Shown here: positions 1-9,749 of the stretch, in pieces
Layout: every line of letters starts with the position of its first letter
Position numbering within the stretch: the stretch's first letter is position 1
Source of the DNA: Andalucia godoyi And28
Lineage: Eukaryota; Protista; Jakobida
Assembly: GCA_009859145.1 (NCBI GenBank)
Contig: VRVR01000023.1
Location: forward strand, 1 to 64,000
Reading direction: 5' to 3'
DNA length: 64,000 bases
Notes under the pieces: generated by a model
Seen by the model: the letters and a program-made list of their open reading frames with translations, nothing else
Databases searched by the model: none
Told to the model about the DNA's origin: nothing
Position numbers and translations under genes: made by a program

Positions 1-234
1 TGAACATGCATGGTACAATAAAGAACCCAATCTGGATGCAGTGCTCTGCTTACTCTGCATAACTCAACGGAATGCAACAGGTGACACCCTTCCTGTCTCT
101 TCCCTGCGAGCGTGGTTAGTGTCCCACCGGGCAGAAGAAGGCTCGGAACACACGCATGGGATGTCCCCCGTGCCACATTCCATCACTAGATGCAGCGGCG
201 AGGACAGATTCGCTATTGAAAAGTATACTGATAG

Positions 235-396
235 AAAACGACTGTAGTCGGGAATTAGGTAATTAATATTTTACGTATAACTCCTAAACGGCGTCGTCCC
301 CAAGAGAATTTCTTTTGACAGACTGCTCGCCGTCTTCGACCCTACCAGTCCCCAGCATTATCTCAGAAAAAGTTCTGTGGACCATTTTCCGTATTT
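235..396. repeat. Tandem unit copy 1 (237-bp period), candidate structured ncRNA with promoter-like leader
   Basis: AAAACGACTGTAGTCGGGAATTAGGTAATTAATATTTTACGTATAACTCCT and a 34-nt block (324-357) are identical to 472 onward and 561-594; the intervening segments differ. Confidence 0.9.
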
Positions 397-471
397 GTAC
401 GTGCTCCGTGACATGGCGGTGCCAGAAACTGCAACGACAGAGCGGAATAGCGAATCTGGATGTTCGGTGAC

Positions 472-634
472 AAAACGACTGTAGTCGGGAATTAGGTAAT
501 TAATATTTTACGTATAACTCCTGAACGGCGTCGTCCCCAGGCGATATTCGTGTGCCAGATTGCTCGCCGTCTTCGACCCTACCAGTCCCCAGCAATACCT
601 CAGAAAAAGTCGTCTGGCACACTTTCCTGTATTT
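472..634. repeat. Tandem unit copy 2
   Basis: Second copy of 235-396; contains a perfect 10-bp inverted repeat GTGTGCCAGA (550-559) / TCTGGCACAC (613-622). Confidence 0.9.
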
Positions 635-987
635 ATCGACGATCGACACTGGTGCTGTCAATGTCCGAGCAGATAACCGACGATTTGCTGAATAAGACAT
701 ACTGGTACATCTTTGGCTTGCCTTCCCTTTTATACCGTTTTTCGTTGCACCGTTACGCAGCACACTCAAGAAGCACGCCATAGATAATCGGGTGAGTGGA
801 GATTTGCGCTGCCCTTTTAGCGAATGCCAGCAACTGTAGGAGCGGTCGACAAAATTCAAGATGCAGGAAGAAATCCGCCGTACATACAATCGAATTTCTC
901 CCCGTCCGCCCACCCCTGTTTTCGTTGTCGATTTCAGATAGACCTTCGACACGAAGCACAACCGGGCCGTTCACACGGGAGGTGGCA

Positions 988-1791
988 ATGGACAGCAGCA
1001 GCGATGCGGAGTCTGATGTCAGCGTGGAGAGGATGGGCCAGCCAAAGGACGCCAAGCGCCCGTTTCATATTCCCTCGGCGTTTAGACTTGTTCAGCGACC
1101 GGAGGGTGGGGCTGTCTTGGTGATGGAAAGGATATCGGACTGTGGCATCGGGTCGTTTTCGGTTGATCTGGACGGGATACCCGGTGTAGAGGACGAGGAA
1201 TTCACGGATTTCAAAGATGTAAGCGGTAGGGCGAATTACCATCTGAGCCGCTTCCAGGATATTTTGAACAAGTTTTCGAGAAAGAGGAAGAGGACTTCAA
1301 AGCAGCAGAAAGACAGGGACAAAAACGTTGTTTTTTCACAATCAGTTGCAAGAACAGAGGATGGTAAGAAGGGGGATGATGACCATGAAATCGATGTGAA
1401 TGACTATGATTACTCGGATTCATTCATTGACGATGAAGAACTCTTGGAGTTGATGGAGGATGCGGATTCGATGGTGGACTCCGAGTTCTCGCTGGATTCC
1501 CAGTTGTCTGTGGAGCCGAGCACTAGTCTGCAACATGCAGAGGAGCCAGCAGATGGCGGCTACAGTAGCGTCGACAACGACAACGACGACGACGACGACG
1601 ATCAAACAGAGAAAACGACAGAGACCGAGACGGCAGGGATCCAAAGGCCGGACGACTCCACCGCACCAATCGATGATGCCGTCGCTGCTGTTCTCTACAT
1701 TCCCGCAATACTTGGAGCAGTCACGTTCAATTCCAATTTGAGCTGGGTTTCTCCCGAATACTATTTGGCAACGTCGACATCATCGCCGTAA
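988..1791 (+). CDS. HPC2/ubinuclein-like acidic protein (HUN domain)
   Basis: YDYSDSFIDDEEL matches the HUN motif YDxxDxFIDDxE; basic NLS-like stretch (RKRKR); ATG 988 chosen within ORF 796-1791. Confidence 0.7.
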   Translation: MDSSSDAESDVSVERMGQPKDAKRPFHIPSAFRLVQRPEGGAVLVMERISDCGIGSFSVDLDGIPGVEDEEFTDFKDVSGRANYHLSRFQDILNKFSRKRKRTSKQQKDRDKNVVFSQSVARTEDGKKGDDDHEIDVNDYDYSDSFIDDEELLELMEDADSMVDSEFSLDSQLSVEPSTSLQHAEEPADGGYSSVDNDNDDDDDDQTEKTTETETAGIQRPDDSTAPIDDAVAAVLYIPAILGAVTFNSNLSWVSPEYYLATSTSSP

Positions 1792-1870
1792 TGGTAACCT
1801 TGCAATTTTATCTACTGCCTTGTCGACATGGAATGCGATCGATAAGCTTCTTCACTTGTGCATTCTTGAT

Positions 1871-2974
1871 TTATGGAAGTTGATAACGAGAATGCACGAG
1901 ATACGTTCGAGGAGACGACTGCACCAAAGAAGACTTGGAGTACGAAGTGCGTCCATAATTCTGGATCCACTCGCCTGCAACAAACCGATGGAAATTGTTT
2001 TGCACAAAATGCCAAGGCTCCTCTTGGTACAGCCCAGCGCGAATCTGGATATCAAACGCTTGGTGGGGCCACTTTGACCACACGTACTGGAGATACTCGT
2101 CAAACGCTGGATCTCCAAGACGGTAAATGGCATTGCCGTTGATGTGCACCAAGAATGTAACTCCGAACCGGGGCATGTCTTCTGGGAACGGACCGCGGAA
2201 GATGCTCCCAAGCATGAGGCCGTCGGGACGGTCCTGAATTTGCTTCTCTACTTCCGGTAGCCATCGTGCTCGAATAGGCTTGACATCTGGCTCCATGTAA
2301 AAGAAGAATTTAAAATGCGACTTGAGAAAAGGATCAAAGAAGAGAGGATAAAACATGTACACAGTCCCCACGGAAGTCTTCACGGATTTGTCCTTGTTCT
2401 CGGCAGTGGCAGTGTATGAATCTTGCCACGGCAAAAGGTCGGCTGCAAGAAACACAATGTGTGAGAAAGCTTCGATGCATCGGGTTCCGCAATCTTCCAA
2501 TATTGCTCGTTGCAGAAACGGGATGTGTGCCCGCTGTTCCTTAGGGCTCAAGTTGAAATAGAACACCAGAACAGAAGAGGCATCACCCTTCCCAGGGAAA
2601 TATTCTTCCGTGCCCCATAAACTGATAGAGGACTTCAGTTCCTGCAGATGCGAAGCGACATACGGGACAACAATTGCCAACTCCTGCTGGAAGCCGTCCG
2701 GCAGACCGGGTTCAAATTTCCGTGTCGCTGTATTCAATACGGAATTCAGAGAAATCCTGCTTGGTGGGAGGTGCTCGAAAAATTCGGCTTGCGGGCAGCC
2801 ACCTTGCACGAGACACTGGTGCGGAGGCGGGACTACCACGACACTCTCGGCATTCCTCATGGATCCAATGAGAAGCAAAACGGCCAAGAATATAAACATG
2901 ATGATCACAAAGGGACGCCGTTGGACGAAAAGTTTCAAACGAGATTCTGGAATTCGGAATTTGGATGGCTTCAT
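1871..2974 (-). CDS. Type II membrane protein, putative glycosyltransferase-like
   Basis: N-terminal TM (FVIIMFIFLAVLLLIG) followed by a lumenal domain with FFYMEPD and HINGNAIY motifs; ATG 2974 chosen. Confidence 0.6.
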   Translation of the reverse strand: MKPSKFRIPESRLKLFVQRRPFVIIMFIFLAVLLLIGSMRNAESVVVVPPPHQCLVQGGCPQAEFFEHLPPSRISLNSVLNTATRKFEPGLPDGFQQELAIVVPYVASHLQELKSSISLWGTEEYFPGKGDASSVLVFYFNLSPKEQRAHIPFLQRAILEDCGTRCIEAFSHIVFLAADLLPWQDSYTATAENKDKSVKTSVGTVYMFYPLFFDPFLKSHFKFFFYMEPDVKPIRARWLPEVEKQIQDRPDGLMLGSIFRGPFPEDMPRFGVTFLVHINGNAIYRLGDPAFDEYLQYVWSKWPHQAFDIQIRAGLYQEEPWHFVQNNFHRFVAGEWIQNYGRTSYSKSSLVQSSPRTYLVHSRYQLP

Positions 2975-3570
2975 GGACGAGGTCAAACGGAAGCCAGCAG
3001 AAGAAGAAAGGAGAAGAAGGAGGAGAGGGGAAAGGAAGAAAAAAACAGACCTCGCAAAATGAAAACTGGACAGTGGCAACGATGCTTCTGCTTGATGAAG
3101 CGCATTTCGATTTTGATCTTTTTGAGCAGGACGGGGCGGGGGGAGGGTGGCTCAAGGGGGAAGCGACAAAAGACAAGACAGGAAAGCGTATTTGTTTGTG
3201 TGCTTCCTGCCAGAGCAGTTCTCAGTGCTGCTCGGCAGGGACTTTCTGCATTACAAGCAGAGAGCGTCTGTCAAAGCAGGACGATCAGAGCGTAAGTCCG
3301 CGAGTGGACGTCCCGCATCAGCACAAGCCGTGTCGGGAAATTCCCTCTCTGTACGCCCCTGTGCGGTAGCCCTGCCATCTTTATCCATCAGCGTCGCGGA
3401 GCTGCCTACAACCGGCAAGCGGACTTTGTTCCCGCGGCGGCCTCTCCCACCACCCCTTTGTGAAGAGATTCTCAGTGATTCGGGTTCCAGAAAGGTCGCA
3501 AGATTGCGGCGCAAAATGACCGCATCAATATCCTGCATCAACTGTCTCCAAACTGCAAAAAGACAGAGCT

Positions 3571-4138
3571 CGCCTTCACTATACCCTGAATGTGCATATC
3601 TACGAATAGACATGCATATTCAATCATGCATCCTGTTGCCGGAAAGGGGATAGGCCCCCCAACACGCCTCACGGCGCTCTTCAGATAGATGTTCCGCGCT
3701 GCATTCCCAATCTCGATCAATCGGTGAGCCACTTTCTCAGCGTGACACATTGTTCCTGAGAAGGGTGCATTTTGATGCTGACGGCCCTTGCAGCAGGCGT
3801 AGTGACACGTGGTCTCTTAGAAGGTCTGCGGAACCTAGGAGGCCCTGTATCGAGCGGCGTAGGCGTAGGCGAATGCGTCATCCCAGCGCACTCACGCCCA
3901 TATTTGAATTAAAAAAGTGAAACCAAAAAACCAAACCAACGAATGACAGAATAGATGGCTACGGATGTTGCGTTAAAGAGCGTCGAAAAAGCGGAGCCTG
4001 TGCCACCGGCTGAATTTTGGCCGAGCGCGCGTAAGCACGAATGCCCTGTGAAGCAAACATGCTAGATGTCGGCCAGTATCGACCGTGTCTGTTTATGGAT
4101 ACTTCCGTATGCATGACAATGACGGGTTATTATTCAGC
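3571..4138. repeat. Dispersed ~560-bp element, copy B (inverted relative to 36629-37179)
   Basis: The reverse complement aligns nearly end to end with 36629-37179 (roughly 85-90% identity by eye). Confidence 0.92.
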
Positions 4139-4303
4139 AGCTGTCGCCCCTTTTCCCTAACCCGGTGCAATTTACCCGACGAGCGGCTCCCCCGACGGAA
4201 AGGCTTTGCAAGCATTGGGTTCGATTTCTTATTGGATGATTTTTGTTTTGCTCACGCTGGAAAAGAAACACATTTAGACAATAAGAAGGGGAGGGGGAAA
4301 AAA

Positions 4304-4305
<2 letters not shown>

Positions 4306-4352
<47 letters not shown>
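4306..4352. repeat. (GAAA)n microsatellite
   Basis: Direct reading of the sequence. Confidence 0.9.
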
Positions 4353-4353
<1 letters not shown>

Positions 4354-4425
4354 AGGGCGCAGGACAGCATTCGGACAATCTTGTCTGCAGAGAACAGTGC
4401 GAACAATACGGCGGCAACGAGAAGA

Positions 4426-7400
4426 ATGCATTCTTGTATGACGAGATCGGATTCGTGGTCCGTCGTCGTGCTACTGCAGCTGCTGATGCTCTGCTTGCAG
4501 CTTGTCGTGCGGTCTTCTGCGTTCACAATTGCGCTTGAAGGATGTCCTGCTCTCGTTGGGTTCACGGGTACCCCAAAGGCCGCGTTGACGCTTGGATCAC
4601 AGCTGCTGATGATTTGCGATTCGTCTCTCGCGGTGTCGTATGATTTTGGATATTCCTTTGATTCTGCGGTGACATCGGCCAACGGAACCCAGCTGGTGGC
4701 ATCGTCTTTGCCAACGATGACTGCTCAGGAAATCTATCCGCGTGCTGTGTACATTTCAGGCATTTCTCTGACGAAATGCCTGATTTTACGAGCACTGATT
4801 GCACCCGCATCGAACCAGAGAGCTCTTTTTGTCTCTGCAACGCCATCGTACGTGACATGCAGCCTGTTTGCTGTGCAGGTCGTTGCGTCGCAGCGCTTTG
4901 GCGCCGCAGTCTTTGCGCTGGGAAAGTCCTCGCTGCTGATAAGCGGGACGCAGAACATCTCTCTTGCATCGGTTGTATCTATGGACAACGGTGTGACATT
5001 CTCTGACGGCCCCAGCTGGTCCTTTTTGCGTTCACAGAGTGAAACAGTCTTGGCGTGTAGTGAACTGCTGTCGCTCAACAGCACATCTTTCCCAGCCGCC
5101 ATTATGGGTGGAACTACCTCTCCGGTGTCAGCCGCCATTTGGACCATTGCACACAATGCATCCGGACACTTGGTGTGGTCTCTCGTCTTTTCTTCCGCGA
5201 ATGCCGTCAGCTTTTCGAAAGTGGAGTGTTTACCGTCGAATGCAGGAGACCCGCAGAGTGTGTGTCTGTTCATGTCTGAATCCGGCGTCCTGCGAGTGTC
5301 GCTGGCGTTGGGAGAAGTGGCATCGCCGGCGTATGGCGTTGGAACCTCAGTAAGTCTTGGAAACACCTCTTTCCAGTATGTTATTCCATCCAGTCGTCGC
5401 GCATCCTACTATCTTATTTCCATGGACTGCTCCGTTTTTGCAGAACAAGTTCCGTATTGTGCTATTCTATCCTCCATGGGACTCTTTCTTTCGGTGGATG
5501 GGGGATTGACATGGTCGCTGGATGATAATGGTCTGTGTCAACCTTCACAGTCCACCGGAAGTCTTGCGTGTACTCCTTCAGGATGCTTGGTCAACATTGC
5601 CTCATCTTCTTTTTGGTATGTCCCGGAGCATCGGACGCTGTTGAACGTCGCGTCGCTAGCACTGAATCGCTCCTTGCTCTCCTACGAGAGTGATGCAATT
5701 TGCAAGAATTCTTCCATCTCCAGTCTGTCTTCTGTTCCTATTATGGATGTATCTCCTTCACTCGGCATTCTAACGTCTGGCAGCAGTCTGCGTTCCGCGT
5801 CCGCTAAGATGTGTTCTACGCCCGATGGTGGAACCACGTGGAATCCTTTGGACTCCACGTACATTCCGGATGGGGCGCCATCTGCGATCAGTGCGCAGCT
5901 CAAGATTTCTCGTATACTTCCAGGCTATGCGTTTCTCGTCATGAGACTGAGCTCCAGTGCTGCAGTGTATTCGTCGCAGGATGCCGGTGCTAGTTGGTAC
6001 AAAAAATCCGTTTGGTCTGTGACGTATGACGCTGCACCGGGCTTCAGTTCTGCGAGTACCACGGCTTCGTCCGGAAACTATGTCGCTGCTCAGGCTTCCT
6101 CCTCCTCTAATGTGTATGGAGTCTACTCGACTGGCTTCGGAATTGCAGATTCGCTGGTTTCAATATATTCGACTTCGGATGTCATTTACGCCGTTTGCGC
6201 AGATGCTGTGTTGTCTTCCACAGTGTATTCTCTGTATGCTGGCGCAGGTGGATACTGTGTTTTGAGGAAAGTGGTGCTGCCCTCTGGATCCTCTTCTTTG
6301 GTGTCAACAATATCCTTTGGAACATCCAGCTGCAAGAATTCGCTGCAGAACGCAAACAGCATTTTTCTACAATGCGCATCATCGCTGTGCATTGTAGGTG
6401 TCTCAGCCGCTTCCTATATGGAAGCGCGATATTTTTCTCTGCTATACACGATTGCAATTTCCGGATCCGAGTATTTTTGGATGGGTTCCCGATACCAATT
6501 GCGGTCGCTGAATTACGATTCTCGTGGCTTCTGGTTTGCAGTCTATGAAAATGGGCGAACTGTGCTGTCAACGGATGGGGTTTCGTTTCGTCATGCAGCA
6601 GTCCCCGTTCAGTCGTTGCTTCCAAAAGTAACAGATCCCAGCCAAGTATCGTGTTCCTCGGAGACCATTTCTGAGAATCTTCCGTATATCGGATGCTGCT
6701 CGAATATCCGTTGCTTTGTGTCACAGCGGGGACTGGGTTTGTGGAAGACCAAATCTGGATTTGCCTTTGCAGATACTGCGATTCCGATGTTTCAATGGAC
6801 CTCGCTTTTCCCAAGAAACGTTTCTTTGCCATGCGTGAATCCATCGTTCCCTTCTCCTTTTGCGCGCACGGGCTCTGTTTCGGCATTGTCAGAAAGGAAC
6901 GCACAGCCACTGGGGTTGTGCTCGCAGCTGATCAACAGCTATGCAACCACAGGCAATGCGGACGTCCCGGTCTGCTGTTCGGCGAGTAGCGAGTCCCGTG
7001 GCCTGTGCCAACTGGCGTCGACTCGCCCTTCGCAGTTTACGTGCTTGGTCGATTCCTACTCGTCCATGAATGCCGCTTGTTTAAACATGCTAACCTCGCT
7101 GTATTGCGTCTCCAGCTGTTCTGTACAGTCCGGAATTACCGCACTGTCGTATGCATGGCTGCGTGATTCGTTGTGGCCGGCTTGCGGAGCGTTCATCAAG
7201 AGGTGCAAAGACGAGAGCTCATGCATGATGGGAAATGCCAGACACTGTTCGCTGTATGCCTCAAGATGGGAAATGCAGTTCTTTGTGAGCATGTTTTGGG
7301 GACTCAACGCAACCGACTCGCCTGGGGCGTGGATTCCGAATCCGTCTAATGTTTCCCGTTCGGATGTGAGTACCTACTGGGACTATTGGCTCAAGACGAA

Positions 7401-7569
7401 CCGCTGCAGCATCCCAGTGCCGTACGTGCTGGGTCCTGCGCAATACGTCGCGGAGCAGGGACCAAAAACAGCGGCTGGTGTGACCTCCGGCGCGTTTGTC
7501 GTTTGTGTGTTGCTGTTCTACGGATACCAATGGTTTGTGCAGAGAAGCTACAAAGCGGCAGCACCTTGA
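4426..7569 (+). CDS. Large type I membrane/surface protein with BNR/Asp-box repeats and a Cys-rich juxtamembrane domain
   Basis: Signal peptide; Asp-boxes SMDNGVTFS, SVDGGLTWS, TPDGGTTWN, SQDAGASWY, STDGVSF; Cys-rich region; C-terminal TM (GAFVVCVLLFYGY); start codon uncertain. Confidence 0.75.
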   Translation: MHSCMTRSDSWSVVVLLQLLMLCLQLVVRSSAFTIALEGCPALVGFTGTPKAALTLGSQLLMICDSSLAVSYDFGYSFDSAVTSANGTQLVASSLPTMTAQEIYPRAVYISGISLTKCLILRALIAPASNQRALFVSATPSYVTCSLFAVQVVASQRFGAAVFALGKSSLLISGTQNISLASVVSMDNGVTFSDGPSWSFLRSQSETVLACSELLSLNSTSFPAAIMGGTTSPVSAAIWTIAHNASGHLVWSLVFSSANAVSFSKVECLPSNAGDPQSVCLFMSESGVLRVSLALGEVASPAYGVGTSVSLGNTSFQYVIPSSRRASYYLISMDCSVFAEQVPYCAILSSMGLFLSVDGGLTWSLDDNGLCQPSQSTGSLACTPSGCLVNIASSSFWYVPEHRTLLNVASLALNRSLLSYESDAICKNSSISSLSSVPIMDVSPSLGILTSGSSLRSASAKMCSTPDGGTTWNPLDSTYIPDGAPSAISAQLKISRILPGYAFLVMRLSSSAAVYSSQDAGASWYKKSVWSVTYDAAPGFSSASTTASSGNYVAAQASSSSNVYGVYSTGFGIADSLVSIYSTSDVIYAVCADAVLSSTVYSLYAGAGGYCVLRKVVLPSGSSSLVSTISFGTSSCKNSLQNANSIFLQCASSLCIVGVSAASYMEARYFSLLYTIAISGSEYFWMGSRYQLRSLNYDSRGFWFAVYENGRTVLSTDGVSFRHAAVPVQSLLPKVTDPSQVSCSSETISENLPYIGCCSNIRCFVSQRGLGLWKTKSGFAFADTAIPMFQWTSLFPRNVSLPCVNPSFPSPFARTGSVSALSERNAQPLGLCSQLINSYATTGNADVPVCCSASSESRGLCQLASTRPSQFTCLVDSYSSMNAACLNMLTSLYCVSSCSVQSGITALSYAWLRDSLWPACGAFIKRCKDESSCMMGNARHCSLYASRWEMQFFVSMFWGLNATDSPGAWIPNPSNVSRSDVSTYWDYWLKTNRCSIPVPYVLGPAQYVAEQGPKTAAGVTSGAFVVCVLLFYGYQWFVQRSYKAAAP

Positions 7570-7825
7570 CCAAAACCAGACTCTCGGTGCCTTTTCTGCT
7601 TCCGTAGTCGAAAATGTAATGAAGCAAAGAGAGATCATTCAAATGTATTCGCTCAATATTTTGATTTAGAAGAGTTTTATTATCAGTGTTATTATTATTA
7701 TTATATATTTTTTTTCCAATTAAAAAAGTAACAGAAAACCGAAGGGGGAAAAAAACACGTTGCACAGATTGCCCAGTTTTGAGTTTTATACATTTTTTTT
7801 TCTTTTTTCTTTTTTGAGGAAACGA

Positions 7826-9196
7826 TCAGAAGAACTGCACAGACCCACCTTTGGCCCAAATCCATGAGCCATAACCCCCGGGAACTGTCGACTTGGATCG
7901 CACGGCAAGCTTGATGATTCCGTTCTGTCGATCCACTTCAATGGGAGTCCGATGCGAGAATGATACATCCAGCTCATGGTTGTAAACATTGGATCCGTTC
8001 GTGCTTCGGAAAATAAAATCGCCAACTTCAACGTCGTTGATGTAGGCGGTGAATGTACATTGGATGTCGTTGACATTGAGCTGGTCGCGAATTTGGAAGA
8101 TCCACCGCGAATTGCGAATGACAAGCTTTGACTTTGGATTTGCGGGAACAAAAGCAGATCGGCTGTCGGACCCGTTCGTTGCGACGGCATTCGAAATCTG
8201 AATGGAGTCTGCTTTCAACTTGCCTCCAATGACAAAAGAGATTTTGAAAGACTCGGATACTTCGTCTCCGTCCTGCCAGAAACGGTTTCCCTCTTGCCAA
8301 TGCTGGCCCAGCGACGCCGTCGTTTGGGACGGACCACTGCACGCTGAATCGGCACTCGGAAACGCAAAGCTGACATGGCACTCTCGAGAAAGGCGTCCTT
8401 CGAATCGGTACTTCGACAATGGGAACTGGTGCCATTCCTCGCCGGTTGCCATGAATCGGTAAGCCTCGCAAAGGTACTCCAGCGGCACCAGACCTGTCGG
8501 CTCTACGATTTCGACGAGGTCTTTTGGATCCATGAAGGGAAATCGGATGAACGAGAACAGGGACCGCAACTTTTCCCTATCTCGCTCAGCATTCAGGTTC
8601 GGGTGGTTTGCCCGAATCCAGGTAATCACAGATCGGAAAACCTCGATTTCCGGAACGTCCGAAATGTTTGTTTGCAGAAAGTCCAACAGCGTGTCTCGAC
8701 TCAATTTCAGAAAGTCTTCCGTGGAGGTTGCGTCGGCAAACTTGGACATGAGCACCGTTGAACATACCTCTTTCATTTCCTGGACTTGCAGAAGGCAGGC
8801 CGTGTCATACAGCTTGCAGACATTCTCCGCGTCAATGTACTGTTCCACAAACACCGAGCAGAGCTTCTGCAGCGCTTCGAGCCGGAGAAAGTTTGCAAGA
8901 ATCAACACAGACAACACGCACTCTGCATCGAGATCGCATCTTCCGGTATACACAAAGTTCAGCACACGCTCCATGGATGGAATGTCGGTGTCTGGGAAGT
9001 AGATTTTTCCAGTTCGGGACTCTTCTCCCGGGCCATACAGAAGCGCTCGGAAGTATTCGGAGCGCGTCGCAAGGATGAATTTGTGTCCATAAATGGGCTT
9101 CTGAGAAGGCCCAACAAAGATTGTGACATCGCTCAGCTCCGGAGAATTGACAAAGGCCCGGAGATCGGCTCCTACATCGTGCGGAACAACTGCCAT
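7826..9196 (-). CDS. BTB/POZ-BACK domain protein
   Basis: SDVTIFVG...IYGHKFILATRSEYFRALL (BTB) followed by BACK (NVCKLYDTA...EIEVFRSVITW...IRFPFM). Confidence 0.9.
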   Translation of the reverse strand: MAVVPHDVGADLRAFVNSPELSDVTIFVGPSQKPIYGHKFILATRSEYFRALLYGPGEESRTGKIYFPDTDIPSMERVLNFVYTGRCDLDAECVLSVLILANFLRLEALQKLCSVFVEQYIDAENVCKLYDTACLLQVQEMKEVCSTVLMSKFADATSTEDFLKLSRDTLLDFLQTNISDVPEIEVFRSVITWIRANHPNLNAERDREKLRSLFSFIRFPFMDPKDLVEIVEPTGLVPLEYLCEAYRFMATGEEWHQFPLSKYRFEGRLSRECHVSFAFPSADSACSGPSQTTASLGQHWQEGNRFWQDGDEVSESFKISFVIGGKLKADSIQISNAVATNGSDSRSAFVPANPKSKLVIRNSRWIFQIRDQLNVNDIQCTFTAYINDVEVGDFIFRSTNGSNVYNHELDVSFSHRTPIEVDRQNGIIKLAVRSKSTVPGGYGSWIWAKGGSVQFF

Positions 9197-9749
9197 CTTT
9201 TCTTTTCTTCCTCTCCTCTTTCAGATATGATGATGTGTGTGAATAAGAAATATATATAATATTGAGAATGTGTGGGTGGTGGGGTTTGGCCTCCGGTTTC
9301 GTTGGGATAATGATGATTGATGCAAAAACAAGAAGGAAAAGGGAAAAGAAGAAAACAAAGAAGAAAGAAAAGAAGGGACTGAGAAAAGAAGGACGGACTG
9401 AGAGAAACACGAAAGCACGTGGGGTCTTTTAACAAGTACTAGTTCTGCTTTCGGTTGGAGTGAGTTTCCACAGTGGGTCTTCTGGACGACGCGTTGAAAA
9501 CACAAGGAAGACCGGAACCATCGAATTCGACGTTCACTTTATCTGCAGAGCGCCGAGCGGGCATCGAGTTGGATTCTGGTCCGGCATTCCGATCTTGAAT
9601 GCGTCGACATCGAAGCATCACGTGATGCTAAGACGGATACGAAACTGCGCGGGGGGAAACTACGGGAAACAGTTTTTTTTTATTTTCGTTCTGTTTTTTC
9701 CAGCGTGCCTGTTCTGCCAACCTTTTTTCGGGAAGGGTGTCGTACTGGT

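Noticed and set aside
111-130. CGTGGTTAG resembling the pistol ribozyme P1 loop
   Set aside because: No downstream pseudoknot partner or P2/P3 stems
235-634. CRISPR array, or guanidine-II, glycine or SAM riboswitch, or HDV-like ribozyme interpretation of the tandem units
   Set aside because: Only two long units, no cas genes, and only 6-8 nt fragments resemble those RNA consensus motifs without the required architecture
500-961. Minus-strand ORF ending ...GDDAVQELYVKY
   Set aside because: The equivalent frame in copy 1 has a TAG and a frameshift, and the conserved blocks show no synonymous changes; a decayed 3' gene end cannot be fully excluded
3818-3832. AGAAGGTCTGCG resembling RNase P CR-I
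   Set aside because: No CR-V/P4 partner downstream on that strand
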